Origin: Ruditapes philippinarum
Lineage: Eukaryota
Length of the DNA: 64,000 nt
Direction: 5' to 3'
Assembly: GCF_026571515.1 (NCBI RefSeq)
Contig: NW_026865315.1
Span: 62,001 to 126,000, forward strand
Part shown: piece after piece, positions 49,960 to 64,000 of the stretch
Numbering within the stretch: the stretch's first letter is position 1
How the letters are laid out: each line of letters opens with the position of its first letter
Notes under the pieces: generated by a model
What the model saw: the letters and a program-made list of their open reading frames with translations, nothing else
Told to the model about the DNA's origin: nothing
The model's database searches: none
Made by a program: the position numbers and the translations under genes

Positions 49960-51600
49960 CGTTCCATAGCTTTTAAACCGCTGACAAAAATGAAATAAAA
50001 AGCTAAAAGTGATCACCATTATAAAATGGTTTGCAAATCCCAATCTTTAAGTTGCTAGATCACTGGTCAAGGTCACACTTAAAGGTCAAGTGTTAAAAAG
50101 TCTACATTGCGTGACCGCTCCATAACTTATAAACTACTTAAAATATTTTGAAATGGCTTGGTAGAAATAATCACCATTATGAGACAATGTGCAAAGCGCT
50201 ATAATCGGATTGCTCCCCTAAGGTCAAGGTTACTCTTGAAGGCCAAGTGTTTGAAAGTCTACATTTTGTGTCCGCTCGATACCATTTAAACCGCTGCAAT
50301 AGTTTTAAGAAAACTTGGCAGAAATAATCACCATTATAATACCATGTACAGGACAAAACAATCAAGTCAATACCGATAAAATTATTTTAGCACAAGTGAT
50401 CATCATAATGAGACGATGTGTCCCCTGTTACAAGTTCAAACTGCTATGAAACTATGAAAAATGCTTCAGTACTAATCAAACTTGGCTCAAATGTTGACTG
50501 GACCATTGCCTTTGTATAGACATGCTCAGCCATTATCTGTTACCATGGCAACGACGGGACATCTCAAAATTGCCAAAAATCACTATCTTGCGTTGATCTT
50601 TTCCATCAAAATTGATTTCAAAGTGCTGCAAATTCTCAATGGATTGAGATTGAGTCAAAGGCTTTTCAGCGTTGGTTACACATTACCTTATGATCGGCAT
50701 GGGGTCATTTTTAGCCTCTAACAAATCCAACATTTTCTTGGCGATGAGGGGGACTACCGCCCACTTCAAACCCCCAAACAGAACGGGGCACATCCACTTT
50801 CTGGCACCCCCCTGATGAACCTTTTTGATAGGGGGCGGCGCCAAAAAGTGATAACCTTTTATTAGCACCATTTCCCAAACGAAAAACAATGTTTTGAGGC
50901 CTATATAGGATAATTTTTCACTGTCCCCTTCAAAAAAGGGTGGGGTCGAAAAGCCGTCAAAGTATGTCTATTTGAAGTAAAGGGTTTAAAGTTCAAGTAT
51001 TAAAAAGTCTACATTTCGTGTCCGCTTCATAACATTTAAACCGCTTTAATGTTTTTGGCAGGTATGAGCACAATTATGATAGCAGGTCAGGGTCACACTC
51101 GAAGGTCCAATGTTAAAACGTATATTTTTCATGTCCACTCTATAAGGTTATTGACAATTCAAAGGTTTTAAAATTACTTGGCACAAACGATCTCCACCAT
51201 GACACAATCTGCAAGTTGCAATATCTAGGTTGCTAACCTCAAGATACATCCAAAATGCTACCCATTTTTCTGTCCGCTGCTTAACTTATAAACTATTGAA
51301 AACAATTTGAATTTTGCCTACAGCATTGTTCAACCAAATATATCAGAAACTTGTCAATACATGAATTCTAAAGTAACCTATAATTACCAAGACCTTTATC
51401 TTATAAATCAAACAAAATAAGGGGATCTACTAAGGTATCCTTCTGTACGAGTATATGAAAGATATAATTATTCAAAAACCGAAACAGACTTTTTTGATGG
51501 GCAAACCTGCTTTTGATATGTATAATGGCACAACATCAATGTCAATATAGGTTAAAGGTCAAGAAGTACATATTTATGTCCGCTGTGGAAACTGATTTGG
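49960..51600 (+). repeat. Decayed roughly 155-bp satellite-like units of the Helentron/HINE-associated type, interrupted by other repeat fragments (about 50420-50980)
   Basis: Recurring GGTCAAGGTCACACTT..AGGTCAA and TTTCGTGTCCGCTCCATAAC-like motifs near 50066, 50221, 51015, 51086, 51270, 51575. Confidence 0.6.
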
Positions 51601-52081
51601 CTGTATTCAGACTACCTTGTTACATTTTCTAGAAATCAGTATTACGTACGAACTTTATTTTACACAAGATCTGAGATTTAAATTTTGTACAAAATGACGA
51701 CAATAACATAATAACTTATCAGGAACCCTATGTTTATGATGTTTAATAAGTGGCGTATATATGATATTATCATTTATATATACATGTTCAATTGATAAAA
51801 TGTTTATGATTCTCAAATATTTAATACCACAAGAAATTATTTTGTCTTTGTTATGCAAGCTATGCTAACATTTCTATATGATTTTGCATGGAAAGCTTAA
51901 AATCTAACATATGCAAGTTAAACCAGTTTTACTTCGGTCGAGTATCTTTTTACAATAATACATGTACTTTACAAATGAAAGCAAAGGTTTTGCTTTGTAA
52001 TCCGCATGAATTTATATGACAAACAAAATGTATTCCTGTCAGATGCAAATGAGTAATAAAAAAGACCATGACTCATATAGA

Positions 52082-52256
52082 AAACAACTTTATAGTCCTA
52101 AAATAGGTGTTCTCAGTTTTTAACATTATTGTTGACGTTTGAATGATCTTTGTAATGTATCTTATATGAAACAACTTAATAGTCCTACAAGAGGTGTTCT
52201 TAGTTTAAAAAACAATGTTGGTGCCGTTTGGATGATCTTTGTAATGTATCTTATAT
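52082..52256 (+). repeat. Two-copy tandem duplication, about 87-bp unit
   Basis: AAACAACTT.ATAGTCCTA...ATGATCTTTGTAATGTATCTTATAT occurs twice. Confidence 0.9.
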
Positions 52257-53268
52257 AAAGTTCGTTTGTACGAAGTATTATTATTATGTGTAGATCTGTA
52301 TTGCAACCATTGTAAATTCATGTTTAAGTTATGACAAAATTAAGTGAAACAAATTGTTATATTGATAATTCTTTATTCTAGCATTAAATTTCTGTTTCCA
52401 TTAAGTTAACCTTTTTTCATTTTTCAAAACAACAGATAGCATTCAATTTGATGGAATAACCCAACACAGCAACCAGCAATTTTAAGACATTTAACTACTG
52501 CATGACATGTGCCCTATGAATGCAAAAAGATGGCACTCACACTATAGATGTAATTGAATTGACGGATAGCAGACACATATTCAATGAAATCCAGCATAAA
52601 GGTATGAATTTAAAATACAATTTTTAGCGATCAATATATTTGGATTATAAAACGATATTCCAACAACTTATAGAACATTCTTTTCACATAATTGAAAAAA
52701 ATCTAAAGTATCTTTCCAAAGTAAGTTATAACAGGATTTCGCTAATTTTCTGTTTCTGTTAATTGAGAAGCAAACTTTTTCAGCTTATTTATTTCTATCA
52801 GTTTGGAAGCAATATCTAGCTCGTAATGATTAGCATGTCCCAATAGTTTTAACGCCACTAAACAAAGTATATTTGACTGCAAATTATAACTTTTGTAATA
52901 TTTTAAATACATGTTTGCAGTTTTGTATGATTAAGGTTCAGACTGCTCAAATGGAAAGGACTTTATCTTTTCCTGACACATATGTGCTTATATAGGACTA
53001 TAAATACATGTTCTACCTTTACCATAGGATTTCATATGATGGATTTAGAGTTGTCAGTTTTTAATTTGATCATTGAAGTTATACATGTATAATTAGCTTA
53101 TACCATATACTTGTAAGCTAATATATACCCAGGTGCTAAAAACAATATAGATATTATTATGTCAATATCAGTTATGTTTTGTTATTTTTCATTACATCGG
53201 AAACGCATCTGTCATATTTAACCTTGCATGGACCTTGCCACATAAAATCAAAGAATAAAGTTTCTATG

Positions 53269-53425
53269 TATAGGTTAGAGTACATATTGGGTGTTCTTCG
53301 TAAATAAGAAAGCTAAAAAGGAGCGGAGCTTGCGAAGCGACTGTAGCTTTCTTATTTACGAAGAACATCCAATATGCACTCTAACCGGCTTAGTGCTCCG
53401 CCCACTTGCGTTTTATAATATAAAA
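53269..53425 (+). mobile_element. Minimal foldback element (same architecture)
   Basis: TATAG start; arms GGTTAGAGTACATATTGGGTGTTCTTCGTAAATAAGAAAGCTA / TAGCTTTCTTATTTACGAAGAACATCCAATATGCACTCTAACC; terminal palindrome TTTTATAATATAAAA. Confidence 0.7.
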
Positions 53426-54556
53426 CGTCCAGTTTATATAAAATCTGTTCTATTAAGATTTGTAACCTGAAAATTTGAAAAATCCTCGTCGGTGATTGGC
53501 TTAAAAAAATAGGCGAGCACTAACTGTTGAAATATAAGATTTTGTAGGATAAGCCAAAGAGACAAGCACATGATTAAAAGAATGAAAAAAAATCTTAAAT
53601 ATAGATTCTGCATTAGCAATTTTAGTTTTGTACTTTAATTATGCCATTTTTGATAAATCTACATGAAAGTTGAAGTCAAGCATGTCAAAGCTTAGCTAAC
53701 TCCAAGATAATTTCCAATTTGTTTAAATACCATTTGCACGAAAATTTTCCTTTTCCAATTCAGACATTTTTGTTTAATCAAAGTTAACTTTCGGAGCAGA
53801 GATAGTAGTAAATTTGAACAATATGTCTAGGGTTTCGTTTAAACAAGAGGTCAATCGTCTTGAAGAATTATAGAATCATCTGCAATTTCTCAATTTAGTG
53901 AATTTCAATATATTTAATAACAATTGTTTAATAAACAGTTAAAATACACCGTTTATGGATTTATAATAATTTTGTTAACGAAACAAAGATAAAATTAATA
54001 ACTTAAATCAGTCAGAAACATGAAATTCTGATTATGTAAGCAGAAATGCATTGTTTTGAAGTATCAAGTGTTTACAAAAGATAAATGTGTGAAAATGTGC
54101 CTTAAATTAAAATGAAAGTGTATATTTTGAAGAAGAAGTATAGTTTTGCATGCAACATTGACATGATTTTGATTTAATCTTTGAGAAGGTAAGTTCTAAC
54201 TTACTAATACACTTTTCTTTTCCTTAACATAAATATCAATCCTTTCCTGTAAGCAGAAAACAGCGAGTTATGTCATTTTATGAACGCTAAGGCAGCTGTC
54301 TCAATAAAGTATTACTACTGTTTTATAAACCCTTGATTAAGAAATTAAATGACAAGTAAATTCATTCAAAGTGTTTATTGCACATTATATTCAATACATA
54401 TTTACAAAAATCATCTTTGAAACTTAAATTATTCTTTGTCTTTTAACAGTAAAATAATGCAACAGTTGTTTTGTTGCTTATATTTTAATAACACAATTAT
54501 CAATATTTTTGTTGTGCACAAATTAGTGATACACTTGAAATATAAGAAGCATGCGG

Positions 54557-55055
54557 AATTCACGAACTCAGGATTTCTACTTCATAAATTATAATATACG
54601 ATTTCGACTCGATAAATTCATGATTTCAACTTCATAGATTAACGATTTTAACTTCACGAATTAATGATATCAACTTCATGAATTCACGATTTCAAGGTCA
54701 CGTATTCAATTTCAGAACTTTATGATTTCAGCTTCGTAAATTCACGATTTTAACTTCGCGAATTCAAGTTTTTAACTTCATTAATTTACGATTCCAACTT
54801 CACGAATTCAACTTCACGAATTCACGATTTTATCTTTGTGAATTCACGAAATTACGATTTCGACTTAATAAAGTTGCAATTGGGAACTTGTGAATTTGAA
54901 ATCATGAATTTGTGAAATTGTGATAGTGGCTTCATGAAATTGAATCATAAATTCCTGAAGTTGAAATCTTAAATTCGTAAAGTTGAATTGTAAATTCGCT
55001 CAGTTAAAATTTTGAATCTACAAAAACGAAATCGGATATTAAAGAAGTTGAAATG
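54557..55055. repeat. Head-to-head array of about 21-bp units (AATTCACGATTTCAACTTCAC)
   Basis: Forward units to about 54870, then reverse-complement units (GAAGTTGAAATC); likely a decayed MITE with subterminal repeats. Confidence 0.8.
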
Positions 55056-58000
55056 ACCACACCCGTCTTTCAAGCATTGGTAACATATTATACGATTTCC
55101 TTAAAATCATATAGCGTCAGATAAACGATAAGACGGCAGAGCATTAGGCAAATTTTCTAAGTCATCGAACATTTTTCCTGTTTTGTTAAGTTTGCAAATG
55201 AAAGTTTATGGTTTTGATCGCATACGCGTACCTTAGGCCACTAAAGATGCTTTAATATTTAAATGTATATATACAGTTTTGAAATAGAGTTCAAATTGAT
55301 GGACATACACCAGCATTTTTATATAAGTATGGCCATCCTAATAACGCTTTGAAAGGAATTGATAAAGGCTAGAACTACAGTTAATTACACTATCAGGAAC
55401 TATATAATTGACAACAATTGCCAGTTATATATCTTAAAGAACACCTGAATGCAAAATTTAACATATGGGTTTCGAGTTATGGAGATTTTTCTTTACTAAT
55501 ACTTGGCTATTAGAATGGCTCCTTTTTGACAAATGAGGAATTCTAAATAATATAGCATTATGAAAAATGCTTTCCCATTGAACATTCAAAGAAACAAATG
55601 ATAGCATTCAACTTACAAATGACAAAAGCAAAATATTTTTCCTACTCAAAATGTTTAAAATATATATAAAATTGTTACCCTACCCCACCCATTTTAAATA
55701 GTTTACCTTTATTCAAAACAGTCTTAAATTTATCAAAATGAGGGGTTGTTTTCAAAGTTTGCCGAATTTTTTTTTAAATGTATATGTTGATCTTATTATA
55801 TATAAAATACTTTTACCGTCTAGTTTTTATTTTATTAGACTTTGCAAATATCAGGTACCATAGTTGATAAAAAAATCATGTCATGATTCAACCAAAAATA
55901 ACGATAATAATTTTATGATTTTAATGAAACATTTTTGACTTTCCAAGTATGCTCCGCGAGACACATAAATAATGTTCAAAGAAAAAAAATAAGTTGACAC
56001 TTCTGGAGCTTGAACCCGCGCCCCTCAGTTTTAATGGAGTTTGCAGTAGTTTTAGCCAATTTGAATACTTTTCAGAATGAAGGTAACGCATTATGTGGGT
56101 CATAGCTTAAACCAAAGAAGGGTTTTTTTTCTATCTTTTTACATGATTTATGTATCTCTCATATCACTTTTGGGAAGAAAAAAAAGCGTGTTATTCTGAT
56201 AAGGTATTTATCTGACCTATGTTGTCAATATTTCAGTTTCTTATAGTGCACGTTAGGGTGGTCATACCATAAAAGCTCTCAAAGAATATATTTTCATTCT
56301 TATTTGAATATTTCTCATATTTCTTAAGAAGTTAAATCACTTTGTTAACAAAGTTGGCGCTTTCAGAAAAAAAGATGAAGTAAAGCGGAATAACATAAAC
56401 GATTCTCGTTTCTACCAATGACGTAAGCGGTTGCGTCCCTTGGCAATCAGATATACCGACTTTTTTATTATAAAGATTTTTTTATATTGGCCCAAATGAA
56501 CAAAAATTATTGTACCATTATTTGCACAAAACATTTTTTAAAATAAAAGCCAAAACATTTGAACTTTACTATAATAGTTATGTACATTTGAACATTTTTT
56601 AGTTTTGCTATTTTTTCTACAAACTTTTGTTTTCTTCTTTGATAAAATGTGTGTAACAGTGTTATCCTTTATGTCAACTTTTGAATATCAAAAGCGAATA
56701 TTCTCTACATGTCAAAGCTATTTAACATCATCTACTGTAAAGGTATAAATTGAGACGTCTACTGCTTAACAACAACAAAAAAGAAAAGGAATAAAATAGA
56801 ATTTCCATGAATTTCCATGAATACTCTCAATGAAATGAAGTGCGTATATGAAAGGAGATAGCAAGAATAACTTTACATGGCAAATGTAGTTGCATTTACT
56901 TCCCTTTAGTTAAAGTAAGGTTATAATAGATAACAGTTTTTAGTGTAAATTGGATATGTTTTGTTATGTATATTATAGAATTTTTTTTAGATAGGAGGTC
57001 TCCGTCTACTTTATCGTTGACCGGAACTCAACCAGAGCACGACCTGGGGGCTAGAAAATCCAATAAGGTCTTTCTGCGATGACACGTATCCCAGGCCGTG
57101 CCAGGTTCACTTTCTATGTAGTATAACCTTTTTTAAGATTCTAAAACAGAAAGCAATCAATTTATGAATGCAGATCAATAAATTTAGCTAGTTGACTCCA
57201 GTAAATAAGGCAAACTTTGACTAATGTTTCCAGAAATTTCAATATACTAGTATTACTAAATTAATGTGTTTATCAAAAGTTTATTAACTTAAATTGTAAA
57301 AATAATGTCTATATGACTTTGCTAATTTGAAATATTTAATAACAATATACCAGAAAAAAAGGTTGTTAAACTGTTTCGATTCTGATGTTGTATTACCTAG
57401 TTTTAGCCAAAAGAAACACTTTATTCTTAATTCAATTTGTAGTATTTGCAGAAAATTAATTATTTTTCTTATTGTTAATTATATTCATATTTATGAAAAT
57501 GGTATTTGTATCTAAAATGATTGTCTGTCTTTTTTACAGTACAAAAAAACAATTTTTATTATTTTTGTTTTGTTTTGTTAATAAATGCGATTCATGTTTT
57601 TTGTTGTTTCTTTACATAGGAAAATACGTTTTAAAGAAAGTATTTCTTAACTTTCGTTGACCAGACAATGAGTGTAGTGTAATTGATCCCAAGTTTCAAC
57701 ATGAAAATATTTTTAATCGCTTATGCGGATAATAAAGTGAGTCTCTTCTGATGTTATGACTTTTTCTTGAAACATGTTTTACATGTACAACAGAGTAACT
57801 TTTTACAACTTTATCCAGATATAAACAATAGAACATACAATCGGGATAAAAACATTTCTGAAAATTGTTGTCTTTTGAATTTCTCGGGGTAACTTAAGAT
57901 TTGTTTATTTCTAAACATTTATACACACAGCTTGATATTTTGAAAAAGGTAAAATATAATTATTAAATGATTATAAATATTCCAGTTTATCTATTTTCAA

Positions 58001-58807
58001 GTTTTAATGTCTTAAATAATCATAACAATGTATATGGAAAATATCTTTCATCTCATTTAAAAAAATAAAACAAGAATCACGGTAAAAGTAATAATTATCT
58101 AATGTTATTTTTGAATCATTTTTTTTTTATCTTTAAAGCAATTTTATTATTTTTGTTTGTTTTAGACAAAATAAGAATCGAGAAACAAATTCGTCATGGT
58201 TTGCACCTATATGATCCTAGACATTGTTGACAAAGAAGAAATTCGTGATCACAAAATATAAATTGGTAATGATTAAAAAATGAAAAAATATAGGAAAGGA
58301 TAAACATTTGCAGACTTTTTATGAAGTTTAACGCCCTGATTTCCTGAATGTATTTCAAAATACAAATTTATAATTCAGGAAAAAAGTCTTGAAAAAAGGG
58401 AACGGAAATCAGTTATAAACGTGAAGATCACGTGAAGAAATATGTTGTTTTGGAGTGTCAAGTGTGAGTGTTAAACGTTTGAAAGTGTGTTTTAAAAGTG
58501 AAAATAAATATTGTGTCAAAGAAGTGTATTTCGGATGTTACTTTTACATGATTTGGATAAGATCCTAGACAAGGACATTTAAGAAGGTAGGCTTTTTTAT
58601 TTTAATACAATTTACTTAACATAATGACCATACACTCTAACCATAACTGCAAATCAAAGCCTTGAACCATCTAGTTTATGCAGTTACCCAGTTTTAGACA
58701 ACTCTTAACGTATGCAGACTAAAGAAAACAGCAGGTTATGTCCTTCTAATAGTTCATATCTAAACTTTGTATACGGACATTTCGATTTACTGTTACTGTT
58801 TTATCAA

Positions 58808-61800
58808 TACCAAAAATAACTACTATTCGCTTTTGCTCATTTGAAATGTGTAATTTTTAAAAATAACATGACTGTATAACAGATAATAAGATTGTTAACA
58901 ATATGATATAGTTCCCCCTCATGTTTTTCAATATTGCATTAATTGCATGAGGTGTCATGGAAAAAAACGTTTATATACAAATACTAGACGGATATTATTT
59001 AAACTGATCTTTAATATGCCATTTGTAAATGCAAAAATTCAGCACGATATTATTTGATATACAGAACAAAGTATAAGACTAACTGGCAATGAAATGCACC
59101 TAGCAATCCAACATAATAATTATAAACATCATGTGAATCATTGTCAATGTTACTCCTTTTCAAAGTATCCTGTCTGTTTAGGAGATTCTTTTGATGTTAG
59201 GCTTCGTCGTTACAGGAGACAAATATACAAACTTTTTTTATGAGGTTCTCAGAAAGGTCATTTTTACAATCTAAAGTTTCTGAGATACCGCAAAAATATT
59301 TGTCTGTCTTCATTAATAATGTTTTCAACTTTCTCAACTGGTCATGATCATCCTATTTATACTTTTTATCGTCATCTGTTTTTAATATTTCTCTAAAGTA
59401 TATCACAAAAAGGTACCATATGACACTTATCGCCTTTATGTCCCAACAATATACAGGCCTAGTATGCCCCAGAAATGTTTTTATTTCTCGAAAGCATTTT
59501 AATTTTACTAAAAACGTGTTTTATGTTAACTCTGAAATTAAAAAAAAATATTTGCATCGTTATATTTGCATGAACAAGAGCGATTACAAGGTCAATCACA
59601 ACCTGGTGGTACGAACTGCATGAAACGAAATTGGACCGTTTAAAGGTATGATTTCTTTCTAAAATTTTAAATTACATTTTGCTGACATAAAATATTTAAT
59701 TTGGTAGACTATTACTTGAGACCCCACATATACATAGTTTACAAAGACATTATATCAGAATATACCAGCCCTGAAATATTTGGAACGCCACGGCATGTCA
59801 TAAATTTAAACAATTTCTGGTACGCTTAATAAAATCACCAAAACAGTAGTTACTCATTTTCATTATAACATTTATTTCTAAACTGTTATTTTAAGGTCTT
59901 TGTGTGATTATTTATTTCAAGCCTCAAGTTTCAAACGATTTTCTGTTTCAAAACTGTTTTTCGGGCTTTTTGACGTATAAGGAAGAAGATTGTACGTATG
60001 ATATACATGTATATTACTGTAAAATAATAAAGACAAATTTCAAAGGGGCAAACAATATGGTATTGTATTATGAATTCAATGAAAAGAAAACAAATTCTTG
60101 TGTGTGCAAAACTTTAATCTATCAAATTCGAATCGTAAATACAAATAAGACTATAATGTAAACATATATGCAATGTTGGGAATTTATGGAAATATATGGA
60201 GAATAACAGAATTTATTTAAACGTCTATGATCATGAGAAAAAAAACATTCAAATCAAGATTGTGGGAGATTACGGGTTTATTTCCAATTTTTATGCCCTT
60301 TAGTTCGATTTTATCCTCAGTAAATGTCAATTCAATGAGCGATTTTAAGCTACCCCAACCTTAAATTTAAAAAAAAAACTTTTTATATTCTACTGTATCG
60401 TATTGATGGGTAAACAGATTCAAATTCAATAATTATTCTCTAGTTACAAAGCCTCGATCATTTCTAAAGGCTTTTAAATTAAAGAAACCATGAAAGCATA
60501 TCAATTCGACATATTGTTGATTTATTGTTCTAATTGCTTGTCTTTAGGGTAATGATTTTTCATTGCATATACAAATATACCTAAACACTTACATTAACAT
60601 ATATACATATTAAAATCTACACAAAATGTTATCTTATTGCACAAGAACCCAACTAACTTGAGATTTCCCCTCTTAGATCTCGAGGTTGACGGTTTGAAAA
60701 CTGTCCACCACAACATGCACATTGCACTTTGTCGCCAACACATTGAATACAGTTACATTATCAATAAAACCTCTATTGTTCAATGATGTACTAGGTATCA
60801 ATATAAATTTAAATAAAATCATTTATCAATTTCATTTTCTTCGTTACATTCCGGTATCTGAAAGTAAATAAATAAATAAAGAAATAAATAAATGTATATA
60901 AATATTGTGTGTGTGTGTGTGTGTTGGTGCGCGTGTGTGTGTTACGTTTTTTTCTGCCTCAAAGAATTCGTAGATTCTTATATTTGAATTACTGATTGTA
61001 TGCGTATGAGAGAGAAATGTTTGTGATTTCACGTTAAGTGTGTTGGCAAAACGTATAAATTTGAAACAGTCTCTAAATATTAGTCAGATTTTACAAACTG
61101 ACATAATGGTTTGTCATCATGTTGTAGAAAATAGTTTTGATAAAATAATGAGGAAGTCTGAAAAAATAACATGTATGCTTCTTTGTTGTTTTTGTTTTGT
61201 TCCTTTTGTTTTTTATGCATCATGTTTTTGAAAAAAGGTTACATATGTATATTTTCGGACAGTAATAAACTGTTTTGTAATCCAGATTTGTTTGACAGTT
61301 TCCATTGTTTAGATTGAATGCTCAATTTACTGTCATTTTGCATTATAATATATTGAATTTAAGCACATAAAATATACGAGAATAATGGTTTTTAGTTTAA
61401 GATAAGATCAATTTTCAGTTTTTGTCTTAATTCAATAAAGCATTTTAGTCATTTCAATAAATCAAATACCATAACTTAATTGTTACAAGAAATATTTACC
61501 AAAAATAACTACTATTCGCTTTTGCTCATTTGAAATGTGTAATTTTTAAAAATAACATGACTGTATAACAGATAATAAGATTGTTAACAATATGATATAG
61601 TTCCCCCTCATGTTTTTCAATATTGCATTAATTGCATGAGGTGTCATGGAAAAAAACGTTTATATACAAATACTAGACGGATATTATTTAAACTGATCTT
61701 TAATATGCCATTTGTAAATGCAAAAATTCAGCACGATATTATTTGATATACAGAACAAAGTATAAGACTAATGAAATGAAATGCACCTAGCAATCCAACA

Positions 61801-63595
61801 TAATAATTATAAACATCATGTGAATCATTGTCAATGTTACTCCTTTTGAAAGTATCCTGTCTGTTTAGGAGATTCTTTTGATGTTAGGCTTCGTCTTTAC
61901 AGGAGACAAATATACAAACTGTCTTTATGAGGTTCTCAGAAAGGTCATTTTTACAATCTAAAGTTTCTGAGATACCGCAAAAATATTTGTCTGTCTTCAT
62001 TAATAATGTTTTCAACTTTCTCAACTGGTCATTATCATCCTATTTATACTTTTCATCGTCATCTGTTTTTAATATTTCTCTAAAGTATATCACAAGAAAG
62101 TACCATATGAAACTTATCGCCTTTATGTCCCAACAATATAAAGGCCTAGTATGCCCCAGAAATGTTTTTATTTCTCAAAAGCATTTTAATTTTACTAAAA
62201 ACGTGTTTTATGTTAACTCTGAAATTAAAAAAAATATTTGCATCGTTATATTTGCATGAACAAGAGCGATTACAAGGTGAATCACAACCTGGTGGTACGA
62301 ACTGCATGAAACGAAAGTGGACCGTTTAAAGGTATGATTTCTTTCTAAAATTTTAAATTACATTTTGCTGACATAAAATATTTAATTTGGTAGACTATTA
62401 CTTGAGACCCCACATATACATAGTTTACAAAGACATTATATCAGAATATACCAGCCCTGAAATATTTTGAACGCCACGGCATGTCATAAATTTAAACAAT
62501 TTCTGGTACGCTTAATAAAATCACCAAAACAGTAGTTACTCATTTTCATTATAACATTTATTTCTAAACTGTTATTTTAAGGTCTTTGTGTGATTATTTA
62601 TTTCAAGCCTCAAGTTTCAAACGATTTTCTGTTTCAAAACTGTTTTTCGGGCTTTTTGACGTATAAGGAAGAAGATTGTACGTATGATATACATGTATAT
62701 TACTGTAAAATAATAAAGACAAATTTCAAAGGGGCAAACAATATGGTATTGTATTATGAATTCAATGAAAAGAAAACAAATTCTTGTGTGTGCAAAACTT
62801 TAATCTATCAAATTCGAATCGTAAATACAAATAAGACTATAATGTAAACATATATGCAATGTTGGGAATTTATGGAAATATATGGAGAATAACAGAATTT
62901 ATTTAAACGTCTATGATCATGAGAAAAAAAACATTCAAATCAAGATTGTGGGAGATTACGGGTTTATTTCCAATTTTTATGCCCTTTAGTTCGATTTTAT
63001 CCTCAGTAAATGTCAATTCAATGAGCGATTTTAAGCTACCCCAACCTTAAATTTAAAAAAAAAAACTTTTTATATTCTACTGTATCGTATTGATGGGTAA
63101 ACAGATTCAAATTCAATAATTATTCTCTAGTTACAAAGCCTCGATCATTTCTAAAGGCTTTTAAATTAAAGAAACCATGAAAGCATATCAATTCGACATA
63201 TTGTTGATTTATTGTTCTAATTGCTTGTCTTTAGTGTAATAATATTTCATTGCATATACAAATATACCTAAACACTTACATTAACATATCTACATATTAA
63301 AATCTACACAAAATGTTATCTAATTGCACAAGAACCCAACTAACTTGAGATTTCGCCTCATAGATCTCCAGGTTGACGGATTGAAAAATGTCCACCACAA
63401 CATGCACATTGCACTTTGTCGACGACACATTGAATACAGTTACATTATCAATAAAACCTCTATTGTTCAATGATGTACTAGGTATCAATATAAATTTAAA
63501 TAAAATCATTTATCAATTTCATTTTCTTCGTGACATTCCGGTATCTGAAAGTAAATAAATAATTAATAAATAAATAAATGTATATATATATTTGT

Positions 63596-63630
<35 letters not shown>

Positions 63631-64000
63631 GGTGCGTATACGCGTGTGTGTGTTACGTTTTTTTCTGCCTCAAAGAATTCGTAGATTCTTATATTTGAAT
63701 TACTGATTGTATGCGTATGAGAGAGAAATGTTTGTGATTTCACGTTAAGTTTGTTGGCAAAACGTATAAATTTGAAACAGTCTCTAAATATTAGTCAGAT
63801 TTTACAAACTGACATAAAGGTTTGTCATCATGTTGTAGAAAATAGTTTTGATAAAATAATGAAGAAGTCTGAAAAAATAACATGTATGCTTCTTTGTTGT
63901 TTTTGTTTTGTTCCTTTTGTTTTTTATGCATCATTTTTTTGAAAAAGGTTACATATGTATATTTTCGGACAGTAATAAACTGTTTTGTAATCCAAATTTG
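58808..64000 (+). repeat. 2689-bp tandem duplication (copy 1 58808-61496; copy 2 from 61497 to the window end)
   Basis: TACCAAAAATAACTACTATTCGC at 58808 and 61497; colinear and highly similar throughout, including a (GT)n tract of different length. Confidence 0.97.

Noticed and set aside
52436-52601. AG/GT-bounded plus-strand exon-like segment
   Set aside because: Stops in all three frames and no partner exons identified.
58400-58592. Possible plus-strand promoter and first exon (CACGTG, AAAAGTGAAA, AAG/GTAGGC)
   Set aside because: Only short motifs, with no supportable downstream coding exon in the window.

Overview
AT-rich animal genomic DNA, most likely a bivalve mollusc (inferred from the HSPA12-type gene and the SINE/MITE types). 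It has one clear host gene: a minus-strand HSP70-family member 12 (HSPA12-like) with 4 coding exons (29271-28963, 28079-27855, 26918-26762, 26294-25234; 583 aa) and two IRF/ISRE-like sites upstream. About 1.2 kb further upstream lies an 11.6-kb composite retroelement (31593-43162). Its frame is a Ngaro/PAT-type tyrosine-recombinase retrotransposon with split direct repeats A1...B1-A2-B2, an SGNH hydrolase ORF placed before gag, gag, RT/RNase H, tyrosine recombinase and two hairpin-repeat arrays. Nested antisense inside it is an intact full-length single-ORF LINE (hydrophobic leader, 2A-like DVERNPGP, PHD, APE, RT) with its own 8-bp TSD, inserted at the SGNH start codon. Three oddities stand out: all ORF disruptions in the composite fall in the YR element's own RT region, its left end lacks about 70 bp of the A repeat, and the whole composite is flanked by an 8-bp direct repeat (CTACAGAA), which recombinase integration is not expected to make. 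The rest of the window is repeat-rich non-coding DNA: Harbinger-like and Sola-like MITEs, tRNA-derived SINEs, sequence-unrelated foldback elements that share one architecture and nest in each other, an assembly gap and a 2689-bp tandem duplication. All coordinates were read by hand and no database searches were run.
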